64,000 nt of DNA, from the IMG/VR virus record IMGVR_UViG_3300026544_000001, positions 60,677-124,676 of that record; one strand, written 5' to 3'. The notes below the pieces were generated by a model, which was not told the DNA's origin, ran no database searches, and was given only the letters and a program-made list of their open reading frames with translations. Positions 27,687 through 37,661 of the stretch are shown piece after piece; position 1 is the stretch's first letter, and each line of letters begins with the position of its first letter. A program made the translations under genes and the position numbers. The DNA comes from a virus.

Positions 27687-28871
27687 ATGTTAATACATAA
27701 GATAATAATAATTATAGCATTCACAATTGTTATGACGCTTGTGGAGCAAGTAGTTAATAACATGTATAAACTACTTAATTCACAGAAGTACTACTATTTA
27801 CAATACAATAAAGGTAAAGAGATAACTAGGAGAGAGTGTGTAAAACTATTTAACTGTAAATATGTTATTAAGATAGATAGCTATAAATTTGTAAAAAAGA
27901 CTTTTGATAAAGGTTATGTTATATCTAAAGAAGAGGTTATTCCTACATGGAAAGCAATACTTGATAATAAAGTATACATAGATCTAAATACAATGATGGT
28001 TGGTGTTAGAGCTGGTAAGGATAGAATAATTTTTAAAAACATATTTATCATTACAGGTAATAATATAAGAACAATTATGGTTAGTAGCCCTATATATGTG
28101 TTGTTTATACTCTATATGGTTATTGTACTTAATGATGGAAAAAGAAAACATGATATAATTAAAAATAGAATGAATGAGTACAGTGTTGAGTTAAGAGGTA
28201 TTATAATGTTTAGTGAAAATCTTAATCATGAAGTTAACAATGCATTAAGTGTAATAAATAATAAAGCTCGACTTGCATTGGAAAAAGTTAATAGAACATG
28301 TATGGGTAAAGAGATAATAAACAATGATTTTGAATATATATTTGATGCATGTGATCAGATAGAAACTATAACAAAGAAGTTACAAGGTATAAAACACTTT
28401 AAGCATAATAGCGATCATAGAACATTATATGAGGTTATACAAAAATCATTTGATTTCGCTACACTAGGTTCACCTAATGTAAAAACTACTATAGATGAAA
28501 AACTACTTAGTTATGAAGCTAAAGGTATTAGTAATATTGACCTTCATGGTAGATTACTAAACCATATAAAGAATAGTATAGAGGCTAAAGCTAGTGAAAT
28601 AAAAATAGTACTAGGTAAACTAAAAGGGGATACTATCGGGTTATATATTATAGATAATGGTAATGGTGTACCTGCAGAAGTTAGGAATACTTTATTTGAT
28701 GAAAATGTAAGTAGTAAGAAAGATAAAAACTATGTAGGTGGTAATGGTATGTATATTAACAAACACATAATGAAAGCCTATGGAGGGGATATACGTCTTG
28801 TTAGTAGTATACCTGGTAAAACCGTATTTGAATTATCATTTAAATACAGAAAGATATCAAGCAAAAATTAA
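27687..28871 (+). CDS. Membrane-bound sensor histidine kinase
   Basis: Two TM helices. H-box NLNHEVNNAL, N-box LLNHIKNSIEA, G1 DNGNGVP, F LFD...SSK, G2 GGNGMYI...YGGDI. Confidence 0.9.
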   Translation: MLIHKIIIIIAFTIVMTLVEQVVNNMYKLLNSQKYYYLQYNKGKEITRRECVKLFNCKYVIKIDSYKFVKKTFDKGYVISKEEVIPTWKAILDNKVYIDLNTMMVGVRAGKDRIIFKNIFIITGNNIRTIMVSSPIYVLFILYMVIVLNDGKRKHDIIKNRMNEYSVELRGIIMFSENLNHEVNNALSVINNKARLALEKVNRTCMGKEIINNDFEYIFDACDQIETITKKLQGIKHFKHNSDHRTLYEVIQKSFDFATLGSPNVKTTIDEKLLSYEAKGISNIDLHGRLLNHIKNSIEAKASEIKIVLGKLKGDTIGLYIIDNGNGVPAEVRNTLFDENVSSKKDKNYVGGNGMYINKHIMKAYGGDIRLVSSIPGKTVFELSFKYRKISSKN

Positions 28872-28918
28872 GAAGGATTAGTATATAATTACATATAATT
28901 TATAAAAGGAGAACAACC

Positions 28919-29374
28919 TTGACTCAACAACAAGCAGAAGAACTATTTGAATCTATAGGTAAATCAGTAGATGAAAGATTAAAAAAAGATAGGTTAACTG
29001 TACTTATAGGGCAAGAGAAGTTCTATAAACTTAAGTTAGAGACTATAGGTAAAGAAACTGATGAGTTAGTTGAATACTTTCTAAAAAAATCAAATATTAC
29101 AACTAATAAGAAAAGATCTCCTTGGTTAAACAAGGTATTAACTAAACTAGGTATGGTCCCTATATTAGTAGCACTAAGTATAACTAGTGTATCATACAGC
29201 AGTACTGTGGTGGTTAATGAAGATGTTATGATAGACTTAGCATTTGAGCCTAAACAATCTTTAACTTGTAAACTACTACATGAAGGTTGTGGTACAGATT
29301 TATACAAAAAACTTTGGGGTACAGATAAAGGTAACTTGAAGAATAACTATGGTATACTTTCTACAATAAGTTAA
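28919..29374 (+). CDS. Hypothetical protein
   Basis: TATAAT at 28884, AAGGAG RBS, TTG start. One hydrophobic stretch. Confidence 0.5.
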   Translation: MTQQQAEELFESIGKSVDERLKKDRLTVLIGQEKFYKLKLETIGKETDELVEYFLKKSNITTNKKRSPWLNKVLTKLGMVPILVALSITSVSYSSTVVVNEDVMIDLAFEPKQSLTCKLLHEGCGTDLYKKLWGTDKGNLKNNYGILSTIS

Positions 29375-29383
29375 GGAGTTGCC

Positions 29384-30037
29384 GTGAATATCAAAATATG
29401 TACAAAATGTAAACAAGAATTGACATTTGATAAATTTGCAAAAGCAAAGAAAGGTAAATTCGGTATAGAGGCTGTATGTAAAGAATGCAAAAAAATGTAT
29501 ACTAGAAGTGTAGATGGGTTAGTTAGAGAATTATTTAATCAACAGAAAAAATCTAGTAAACATAGAAATCAAGTAGGTACTGTAGAATATACACTTGAGG
29601 AATTACAATCTTGGTGCAAAGGTCAAAAAGAATTCAAGAATCTATATGATAATTGGGTAAAGTCTGACTATAACACTAAGTTGAGACCGTCGATAGATAG
29701 GCTTGATGACTATAAAGGTTATTCATTTGATAATATTCAACTGATGACATGGATAGAAAACAAGCAAAAGGGCCACGACTCTCGTAAAAATGGCAGCAAT
29801 AATAAAGATAGTAAGGCTGTGGTTCAACTAGATATGGATGGTAACTTTATTGCAGAGTTCTACTCTCAAAAAGAAGCTATGCGTCAAACTGGTATAAACC
29901 ATGCTAGAATATCTAAAGTATGTAGAGGCGATTGTACAACCAACCCTGTTGGTAAACAATATAAAAGCTTAAGTACAGGTGGTTTTAAGTGGATGTTCAA
30001 AACAGAATATGATAGCTTAAACCCTAATAATTTATAA
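29384..30037 (+). CDS. HNH-type homing endonuclease with NUMOD1/IENR1 domain
   Basis: CTKC...CKEC, then PSIDRLD..KGY..DNIQL.TW.EN..K. C-terminal VVQLD.DG.FIAEF.S..EA....GI....IS.VC. Confidence 0.8.
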   Translation: MNIKICTKCKQELTFDKFAKAKKGKFGIEAVCKECKKMYTRSVDGLVRELFNQQKKSSKHRNQVGTVEYTLEELQSWCKGQKEFKNLYDNWVKSDYNTKLRPSIDRLDDYKGYSFDNIQLMTWIENKQKGHDSRKNGSNNKDSKAVVQLDMDGNFIAEFYSQKEAMRQTGINHARISKVCRGDCTTNPVGKQYKSLSTGGFKWMFKTEYDSLNPNNL

Positions 30038-30056
30038 AACAAGAAAAGGATTTAAC

Positions 30057-31715
30057 ATGGCTGATAACGTGACTTCGGATGATTTAGAAAAGGCATTGAG
30101 TGATTTAGCAGAGTCTATGGGGCTTTCTGTAAAAGAATACGTAGAAGGTGGTTTCTTAGACCTAACAACATATAATGAGGCTCAATCAGCAGTAATTGCA
30201 AGATTAGATGCAATTGATGTAATTGATGCAGAAGATGATGTTGAAACAATAGCAGAGAAGCTTATTGCAATTAATAAAGTACTAAGTGATGATGATGGAG
30301 TATTACAAAATATTCTAAATATGATTAATGATAATCAATCACAAATCGTTACTGAGTCAGATAGAGCAAAAGGTGTTGAAGCTGGATTAAGAACAGATGT
30401 TGATAATGCTACTTCAAAAGGTAATGCTAATGAATCTGCAATCAATGATATCAAATCTGGTATAAGTGATTACAAAACTACTACTGAAGATAGATTCACA
30501 GCAGTAGAAGGTAGAGTTACAGATGATGAAGCTGCTATAGCTACATTAACTGCAGATGTTGATACAGAAGGTTCTGTAGCATACTCAGTTGAACAAGAAG
30601 CTATCAGAGCTAAATCAGTAAGTGGTAAACTTGCAGACTTATCTACAGATGATAAAGATTCATTAGTTGGTGCAATCAATGAAGTTCAAGCTGAAACAAT
30701 AACTGCTCAAGCTGGTGTTGATGGTTTAGTAACTAGAATGGGTTCTGCTGAAGAAGCAATCAATACAATTAATGGTGACGTAGATACTGATGGTTCTATG
30801 GCTAAAGCTATTAAAGTTGCTGATGATGCTGTAAGAGCTGACATTGCTGCTGATATTGAATCTACAAGAAGTGGATTACAAGATGGTATAGATGCTAACA
30901 CAGGTGCAATCGCTGTATTAAATGGTGATGACGAAACAGAAGGTTCTGTTGCAAAAGCTATCAAAGATGCTACTGGTGGAGATATCAGTGATTTAAGTGA
31001 TAGAATGGATGCTACTGAAGCTGCTACATCTACAAATAAATCATCTATTGATTTACTAAATGCTGATGATCAAACTGAAGGTTCAGTTGACTACAAAATA
31101 GCACAAGCTGCTGGTGAGTCAAATGAAGTTACTGATGCACTATCTGATAGAATCACAGTAAACGAAGGTGATTTAGCTACACTTAAAGGTGATGCTGAGA
31201 CTGAAGGTTCAGTTGCTAAACAAGTTGCTGATGCTAAAGCTGCTACTGATGCTGTAGTTGCTGATAACAAAGCTGCTATAGAGTCTACTGTATCTGATTT
31301 AGATGATAGAGTTGTTGCTAATAAAACTGCTGCTGCAGATGCACTAGCTGCTGCTAAAACTGAGTTAAGTGATTCAATCGCTGCTGAAGTAACTAGAGCT
31401 ACAGACGCTGAAGTTGCATTAGGTGATAGAGTTAAAGTTAATGAAGATATCTTAAATGATACAACAGATGAAGATGATAACCTAGTTAAAGGTATCGTTA
31501 CTAGAACATCTGATTTAGAGTCTGCATTAAGTGCACAAGCTCAAAAACAAATTGATGATCTTCAAGCTGCAATTGATGATTTAAAAGCTTACTCTGATTC
31601 AAATGATTTAAAAGCTGCTTCAATGGATATTTGTGGTGTTCACAATAAATTCAGAGGTGCTCTTGGATTAGGTGATAAAGACTGTGGTGGTGACGGAGAC
31701 GGTGAGGCTGTATAG
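30057..31715 (+). CDS. Long acidic coiled-coil fibre/whisker protein
   Basis: Repeated L.GD..TEGSVAK.I hinge motifs between heptad segments. Ala/Asp-rich, 552 aa. Confidence 0.7.
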   Translation: MADNVTSDDLEKALSDLAESMGLSVKEYVEGGFLDLTTYNEAQSAVIARLDAIDVIDAEDDVETIAEKLIAINKVLSDDDGVLQNILNMINDNQSQIVTESDRAKGVEAGLRTDVDNATSKGNANESAINDIKSGISDYKTTTEDRFTAVEGRVTDDEAAIATLTADVDTEGSVAYSVEQEAIRAKSVSGKLADLSTDDKDSLVGAINEVQAETITAQAGVDGLVTRMGSAEEAINTINGDVDTDGSMAKAIKVADDAVRADIAADIESTRSGLQDGIDANTGAIAVLNGDDETEGSVAKAIKDATGGDISDLSDRMDATEAATSTNKSSIDLLNADDQTEGSVDYKIAQAAGESNEVTDALSDRITVNEGDLATLKGDAETEGSVAKQVADAKAATDAVVADNKAAIESTVSDLDDRVVANKTAAADALAAAKTELSDSIAAEVTRATDAEVALGDRVKVNEDILNDTTDEDDNLVKGIVTRTSDLESALSAQAQKQIDDLQAAIDDLKAYSDSNDLKAASMDICGVHNKFRGALGLGDKDCGGDGDGEAV

Positions 31716-31727
31716 TCTGACTGTTGA

Positions 31728-31793
31728 TAATAGACTTGGGAAACCTTGTCTATTACCCACTATAGAGATACTATAGGTATTTGTATAGTGGGT
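31728..31793 (+). other. Tandem RNA hairpins (terminator or processing site)
   Basis: TAATAGAC..GG-GAAA-CC..GTCTATTA abuts ACCCACTATA...TATAGTGGGT. Confidence 0.6.
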
Positions 31794-31825
31794 TAAAACC
31801 TATTATATAACTAAAAGGATAAATA

Positions 31826-32866
31826 ATGAAAAAAGTAAAAAAAGCATTTAATGTAGAATATGATTTAACAAGTCAAGAGTTTAAAGAAACAAAGATGGAC
31901 ATGGTATCAGAAAAATGTCAAACAATGCATGGTGATAGTGTACTATGTAAAGTTATGACTTATTGTGTTCCAGATCATCAACTAGTTATTCATACTACTG
32001 CTGAGAATCAAGAGTTTATGGGTGCTCCAAGTATGGAACTAGCTATGAGACCATTAGCTGAACAATCGTTCTTAACAATGGACGATGATATGGTTAAAAC
32101 ATATGAGATCACAATTACAGCTAATACAGATCTACCTGATTATGTTACAGCACTGAACATAGCCCAAGCTAAAGCTGATAAAATGTTCGAAGAAGATGAT
32201 ACTAAAATACCTCTTGTTACTGTTATTGATTATAGATGGGGTAATTCTCCAGCTACAATAGGTGCTAGTATATTTACAAGTACAGATGAAGACGGTAATA
32301 GTATAAGTTTAATAGGTGCTACAGATAGTGCTGCAGTAGTTCATGTAGGTGATGCTGAAGCTGGTGCAAAGGCTGCTGCGTGTACATTATACTGTGAAAA
32401 ATGGGAAGATGGTGTTGACGATGTATTCGTAAAAGATTATAGTGACTCGTTTGCTTATGGGTATAGAGTGGAATGCGACCTAGAAGTAACTAGTGATGAT
32501 AAAAGTGGTTATATCTTTGGTGTGTACTACGCAGGAAAAGAGAGTTATGAAACAAATGGTATAACTTTATATATAGATGATGGAAAATTAACTCTTGATG
32601 CTGAAAAAGGTTCAGGGGATACTGTTCTTGTACATACTGATTTAGCTTTAGTAAAAGAGTCTACTCATTTAGTATATGATGCATACGTTACTTCAGATGG
32701 TAAGAAAAACGTATACATTAAATACGGAGATGAAGAAGTAACTTTAGAAGATACTGGTTGGGATACTGGTTGTAGCAGATTCTACATACCTATGAATGAC
32801 AACTGGTTAGAGGGTATGGTACTATCAGACTTCCAAATGACACAACATACAGAAGCACAAGAATAA
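31826..32866 (+). CDS. Virion adhesin paralog A (conserved N-terminus + ConA-like C-terminus)
   Basis: The first ~185 aa are highly similar to 36443-37612. The C-terminus is a distinct beta-rich domain. Confidence 0.6.
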   Translation: MKKVKKAFNVEYDLTSQEFKETKMDMVSEKCQTMHGDSVLCKVMTYCVPDHQLVIHTTAENQEFMGAPSMELAMRPLAEQSFLTMDDDMVKTYEITITANTDLPDYVTALNIAQAKADKMFEEDDTKIPLVTVIDYRWGNSPATIGASIFTSTDEDGNSISLIGATDSAAVVHVGDAEAGAKAAACTLYCEKWEDGVDDVFVKDYSDSFAYGYRVECDLEVTSDDKSGYIFGVYYAGKESYETNGITLYIDDGKLTLDAEKGSGDTVLVHTDLALVKESTHLVYDAYVTSDGKKNVYIKYGDEEVTLEDTGWDTGCSRFYIPMNDNWLEGMVLSDFQMTQHTEAQE

Positions 32867-32867
32867 C

Positions 32868-32915
32868 CTTACCAATACACTCTTCGGAGTGTATGAGTAA
32901 GTTTATAAAGGAAAA
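32868..32915 (+). repeat. 48-bp repeat with cUUCGg hairpin + RBS, copy 1
   Basis: CTTAYCAATACACTC-TTCG-GAGTGTATGAGTAAGTTTATAAAGGAAAA. One mismatch with 37614-37661. Confidence 0.9.
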
Positions 32916-32918
32916 GAA

Positions 32919-33257
32919 ATGACATTAACCATAGATATGTATACAGATAAAAGTATTAAAGGATCACTTGATATACAGGTAGATAATTACTTAAAAGCTA
33001 AGTTACATAGAGTATACCAACAACCTACATTTGTATTTATAAATAAATTTTGCTATAATAAACTACCAAAAGAAAATAGAGATAGTATAACAACTATGGA
33101 CAGTAATACAGAAACAGAAATGACAGTTGAAGAGATACTAGCTACAGATGTTATGTTTATATTAACTAGTAAAGAAAACAATAATATAGATGAGTTTGTA
33201 GATTTAGTACAACAGTATACTGGTGAGGAACTTAAGTATTTGGTAGTAGATTATTAG
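32919..33257 (+). CDS. Hypothetical protein
   Basis: 112 aa ORF with AAGGA RBS. Confidence 0.55.
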   Translation: MTLTIDMYTDKSIKGSLDIQVDNYLKAKLHRVYQQPTFVFINKFCYNKLPKENRDSITTMDSNTETEMTVEEILATDVMFILTSKENNNIDEFVDLVQQYTGEELKYLVVDY

Positions 33258-33266
33258 GAGAGGTAT

Positions 33267-34592
33267 ATGGGTATCAGTGTAGAAGACGATATAATAATAG
33301 TAACTGACGGTACCTACTCTACTAAAGACATATGTGATGCCCTAGATAATGAGTATGCACAAGAACTAACAGACAATATATATCATATTAAAAAATCAAT
33401 ATTTATAGGTAACAAAGATTGTACAGGAGAAGCTGAACTAATCGATGCTGGTGTGGTAATAAAAGCAGATGGAGAGTATTTCCAAGTACATAAAGGAAGT
33501 AAACTACAACTAGGTGAACTACGAGATAATGGTACTACTGTAAATGGGTGTACACTAATAGGTAAAAACTTAACTAAGTACTATGGTTTTGGTGGGGGTG
33601 CTGACACTGATGGTAACGGTAGATCAACAGACATTAGTGGTGATCTATACCTATATGGGTGTACTATAGATATGTGGACATTCTGGAGTTGGTTCAGAGG
33701 TGAAGATCAAGAAGTAAAAATAGTTGATTGTATTGTAAATGGCTATGGACGTATACAAGGAGAAACTAGTATAGTTCGTAATATTACTATAGAGAAAAGT
33801 AATGGTAGATATGGAGTACTTAGTCCTAAAGGTAGATTAGCAGAGTATAGAAATATATCAGTAGGTAGTACTGATGGTACAAGTGAAGAAGCTGCCATAT
33901 ATTGGAACCCTCAATTAGCTCCTTATATGAGAATAGATGGTGGTGTATTTAGTGGATATGAAAATCTAATATATACAGAAGAAGCTGGTGATGAGAAAGG
34001 ATATCTTGAATTTGTTGGTAGTGAGATACTAGATGGGTTACAAAGATACACTAAAGATGATAAGAGTGATGTATATGTAAAGTATATCTATAATCCTGTA
34101 CTATGTGACATCAATGGTGATGTTATGGATGGATTAGATATACAAGTGCTAGATACTGAAGATAATGAAATCTGGTCTGGTACTAGTGATACAGATGGTA
34201 AAATTTATGTTGAACTAATGACTGCTAGACAGATAGGTGAAGATGACATAGAATACTTCACTAGGTACAAAATGAAAGGTGTAATAGATGATATAGACTT
34301 TGAATTTTGTTTTGAGATAACTAGTAACATAATAGATGTAAATGTAGTTATACCTGCCTGTGTAGCTACTAGTAGTGGAAGTGAAGCTGTAGACTACGAT
34401 AGGATACAAGCTATGCTAGATAGCTGTAAGGACGATGTATGTGAATGTAATAGTGTTAGTACTGATCTATTAATAAGTAAAGTTAACACTATAAGTGAAA
34501 CTCAAATGGAGCTAATGTTAGCTGTTGGTAGTGAAGTAGCTGAAACCCAGACATATGTACAATCCGTAGACAATGGAAGTATGTTAGTCTAG
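33267..34592 (+). CDS. Virion-associated protein, probable beta-helix + Ig-like domain
   Basis: Gly/Ile/Asp-rich beta-solenoid-like N-terminal region, then a G.SD.DG.I Ig-like motif and a coiled C-terminus. Confidence 0.5.
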   Translation: MGISVEDDIIIVTDGTYSTKDICDALDNEYAQELTDNIYHIKKSIFIGNKDCTGEAELIDAGVVIKADGEYFQVHKGSKLQLGELRDNGTTVNGCTLIGKNLTKYYGFGGGADTDGNGRSTDISGDLYLYGCTIDMWTFWSWFRGEDQEVKIVDCIVNGYGRIQGETSIVRNITIEKSNGRYGVLSPKGRLAEYRNISVGSTDGTSEEAAIYWNPQLAPYMRIDGGVFSGYENLIYTEEAGDEKGYLEFVGSEILDGLQRYTKDDKSDVYVKYIYNPVLCDINGDVMDGLDIQVLDTEDNEIWSGTSDTDGKIYVELMTARQIGEDDIEYFTRYKMKGVIDDIDFEFCFEITSNIIDVNVVIPACVATSSGSEAVDYDRIQAMLDSCKDDVCECNSVSTDLLISKVNTISETQMELMLAVGSEVAETQTYVQSVDNGSMLV

Positions 34593-34621
34593 GCATAGAC
34601 TATAAATATATGACATAAACA

Positions 34622-35563
34622 TTGGAGAATGCTATGAAAAAAGCAGGAATAGAATACCTAATAGGTAGAGATTTAAATCCGGATTTTACTGGACTAGCTG
34701 ACACTTTTAGTGCTAAATATAAGTTAAAAGGTGATACAGATTGGACTGATGTAGAAGGTTCATTTGAAGAAGATGGTGCAGGTGTATATAGATTACCTAT
34801 TACATACCCAAGTAAAGGTGTATATACAGTATTAATAGAAAGTACTGATGCACGAGTTAATACTATGAGTGCATTAACAATAGTTGATGATGCAAGTATA
34901 GATGATGTAAAAGAAGTAGTTGATGCTTTAGTTACTACATTAGATGCAGTTAAAACACAAGTAGATACATTAGATGAAGAAACAGTTAATGGTATCAGTG
35001 ATAAAGTTATAGCTGTTGATGATAAATTAGTTGAATTAAAAGGTCTATTAAGTGATACTGATGATGATGCTGTTGTATCATTAAGAGAATTACTACAAGA
35101 TATCACAGATGCTGGTTCTGATAGAGACGGTGTTATTAGTGCATTAACAGGATACACTGATGGTGTTGAGGCTATGCTTCAAGGTTTAGAGTATGTAGAT
35201 GCTGATGGTAATACAGTTAGTGCTGATGACTCATATGGCTTAAAAGACATCTATGATGCTATTACAGCTGGTAATGATGATAGTACTGTAGCTGATAAAG
35301 TAGATGCAGTTAAAGCAGTTGTAGATGCTAATAAAGCATTACTAGAAGATGATACATATGGATTAAGTAAATTAAAAGACTTAATAGATCATTGTGAAAC
35401 TGTAAGTTTAGCTAAAGGTGATGATATCATCGCTATACTAAATGATGAAGATACAGGTATAGTTGCATTAAGAGATAGTTTACAAACTAAACTAGATAGT
35501 ATGGATAGTAAATTAGATACAATAGTAGCTAATACAACTGACCTAGGTACTATACTTATATAG
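34622..35563 (+). CDS. Acidic Ig-like + coiled-coil virion protein
   Basis: N-terminal E.G.GVY...Y...G.Y.V motif followed by heptads. Likely start is ATG at 34633. Confidence 0.55.
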   Translation: MENAMKKAGIEYLIGRDLNPDFTGLADTFSAKYKLKGDTDWTDVEGSFEEDGAGVYRLPITYPSKGVYTVLIESTDARVNTMSALTIVDDASIDDVKEVVDALVTTLDAVKTQVDTLDEETVNGISDKVIAVDDKLVELKGLLSDTDDDAVVSLRELLQDITDAGSDRDGVISALTGYTDGVEAMLQGLEYVDADGNTVSADDSYGLKDIYDAITAGNDDSTVADKVDAVKAVVDANKALLEDDTYGLSKLKDLIDHCETVSLAKGDDIIAILNDEDTGIVALRDSLQTKLDSMDSKLDTIVANTTDLGTILI

Positions 35564-35670
35564 GTAACTGCCATGCTTGATAGAGAAGATATATGGTTAA
35601 TAACTGGTGTATGTATCTATCAAGTGATGGCTTTTATGCTTGAGTATTGGATGATAGAGAGTACACTTAG

Positions 35671-36414
35671 ATGAAACATAATAATCAAAAGAACTTAGGT
35701 GAAGTATTTGATGTAAAATTTACTAGTAGCTTATTAGATACTATAAAGGTGTATGCTATAAATGGCATTGACGATGCAGATGATATAACACCTAGTATAG
35801 ATATACAAGAGAGTAATGGCATATATAGTCAAGAAGTAACTATGCCTGATACAGATAGTTGGGTAGTAGTACTAGTTAACGGTGTTAGTCAAGTACTAAG
35901 AGTAGGTAAACCAGAACCTATAGTTATATTCTATGGTAAAGCAGATAACTATCACTGTGTAAGACGAACGGTAGATGGTGATGTGTTAGATGATAAGGAT
36001 ATGAGTAAAGTAGGTCCTGGTTTATTTACTATGACTGTAAGTGATTACGGTTATAGTATAGTAGAGATAAATGGCTTAAGTGCTGTATTTGATCCTAGGT
36101 ATTGTGATGGTGCAATGAAAGGAACTATCTACATAGAAGCTAACTCTTTTAAAGGTGTACATCTTAATGTAAATGATACCGTAGGTAACTATCTAGTTAA
36201 GCAAATAGAGAATCAAAATAGTGTAATATGTAAAGATGTTATCAAGTATTTTAAAACTTACGTTCATGGTGAGATGTATACCTTTATACCAGGTAGTACC
36301 CCTATAGGAAGTAAGTGGGATTTTAACTTACTAGACGATGACGGACTGTCTAGGTGTATATGGGTAGATAGCCTTGACTTTGATGAAACTTTAAAGATAG
36401 ATTGGGTAAAATAA
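35671..36414 (+). CDS. Hypothetical virion protein
   Basis: The C-terminal domain (G.I.I...TFIPGSTP.G...F.L...W) is shared with 37639-39384. Confidence 0.55.
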   Translation: MKHNNQKNLGEVFDVKFTSSLLDTIKVYAINGIDDADDITPSIDIQESNGIYSQEVTMPDTDSWVVVLVNGVSQVLRVGKPEPIVIFYGKADNYHCVRRTVDGDVLDDKDMSKVGPGLFTMTVSDYGYSIVEINGLSAVFDPRYCDGAMKGTIYIEANSFKGVHLNVNDTVGNYLVKQIENQNSVICKDVIKYFKTYVHGEMYTFIPGSTPIGSKWDFNLLDDDGLSRCIWVDSLDFDETLKIDWVK

Positions 36415-36442
36415 GGTTTAATTAAACTAAAAGGAAATAAAT

Positions 36443-37612
36443 ATGAAACCAGTAAAAAAGATATTGAATGTAGAGTATGACTTAAGTAGTGCAGACTTTA
36501 TTGAACAAAAGATGGATGAGATTAGTACTCATCACCAAGAAAGAAGTAATGACTTTATAGTAAAAGTTACAACATACTGTGTACCAGATCATGCATTCGT
36601 AGTGTCAACTACAGAAGAGAGTGCATCATTTATGGGAGCTCCAGGTAAGATGTTAGCAAATAGACCTGTTAAAGATGATACTATGCTTACAATGGATGAT
36701 GATATGGTTAAAACATATGAAATCACTATCACTAAAGATACTGACTTACCAGACTATGTAACTGCTATAAATGTTGCACAGGCAAAAGCTGATAAAATGT
36801 TCGAAGAAGATGATACTAAAATACCATTAATAGTTGTAATTGATTACAGATGGGGGAATCCTAAGACTATAGTTAGTGCTAGTATATTTACAGATACTGA
36901 TGAAGATGGCAAACCGTTATGTACTATAGGGTATTCTGATAGCGCTGCTAATGTAGTTCTAGGTGATGCTGAAGCTGGTGCAAAGGCTGATGAAGTATAC
37001 AAAGAGTATGGTTATCCTCAAGCCGGAGCATTAGAAGATTCAAATTATTATTGGTCATTTAAAGAATCAGAAAATGCTGATATAGGTGAGTTAAACTGGA
37101 CTTTAAAAGGTGATGCTAAGATAGAAAATGAGTGGTTAGTTGTTAATGGTAATAATGGTATAGCTCAATTAGACGATATGGGTAGCATGCATGTTCGAAA
37201 ATTTAAAACTACTTTTATGATTGATACATTAGAAGATATTAATAATTGTATGATTTTATCTACCAGAAGTGATAATAATCTATCGAGAATGGGTATATCT
37301 TATAATACTAAAGATAAAATGATAGTTGTTTCTACTATATACGATTCAGGTGATACTTATTATGAGTATCATATTAATGATATAGAATTAGAAACTGGAG
37401 TAGCGTATAGTATAATAATTAAATTTACAGAGAATACAGCTACAGTTACTTTAAACGAAACTATTGTTGCTGAAGATATTGATCCAAGTTACAGTAACAG
37501 TGATGTTGATGATAAAATAGATTATGCAGTGATAGGTGCTTATAAGAATAGTGGTGGATATGAAGCTAACCAATTCTTTGGTAAAATAAAAGACTTAAGT
37601 TTGGTATCTTAG
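36443..37612 (+). CDS. Virion adhesin paralog B (conserved N-terminus + ConA/LamG-like C-terminus)
   Basis: Paralog of 31826-32866. The C-terminus ends IGA......F.GKIKDL, as in LamG domains. Confidence 0.65.
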   Translation: MKPVKKILNVEYDLSSADFIEQKMDEISTHHQERSNDFIVKVTTYCVPDHAFVVSTTEESASFMGAPGKMLANRPVKDDTMLTMDDDMVKTYEITITKDTDLPDYVTAINVAQAKADKMFEEDDTKIPLIVVIDYRWGNPKTIVSASIFTDTDEDGKPLCTIGYSDSAANVVLGDAEAGAKADEVYKEYGYPQAGALEDSNYYWSFKESENADIGELNWTLKGDAKIENEWLVVNGNNGIAQLDDMGSMHVRKFKTTFMIDTLEDINNCMILSTRSDNNLSRMGISYNTKDKMIVVSTIYDSGDTYYEYHINDIELETGVAYSIIIKFTENTATVTLNETIVAEDIDPSYSNSDVDDKIDYAVIGAYKNSGGYEANQFFGKIKDLSLVS

Positions 37613-37613
37613 A

Positions 37614-37661
37614 CTTATCAATACACTCTTCGGAGTGTATGAGTAAGTTTATAAAGGAAAA
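37614..37661 (+). repeat. 48-bp repeat with cUUCGg hairpin + RBS, copy 2
   Basis: Near-identical to 32868-32915. Confidence 0.9.

Noticed and set aside
29384-30037. Group I intron or intein carrying the HNH endonuclease
   Set aside because: The flanking genes have their own stops, RBSs and starts, and the intergenic gaps are too short for a ribozyme core. It appears free-standing.
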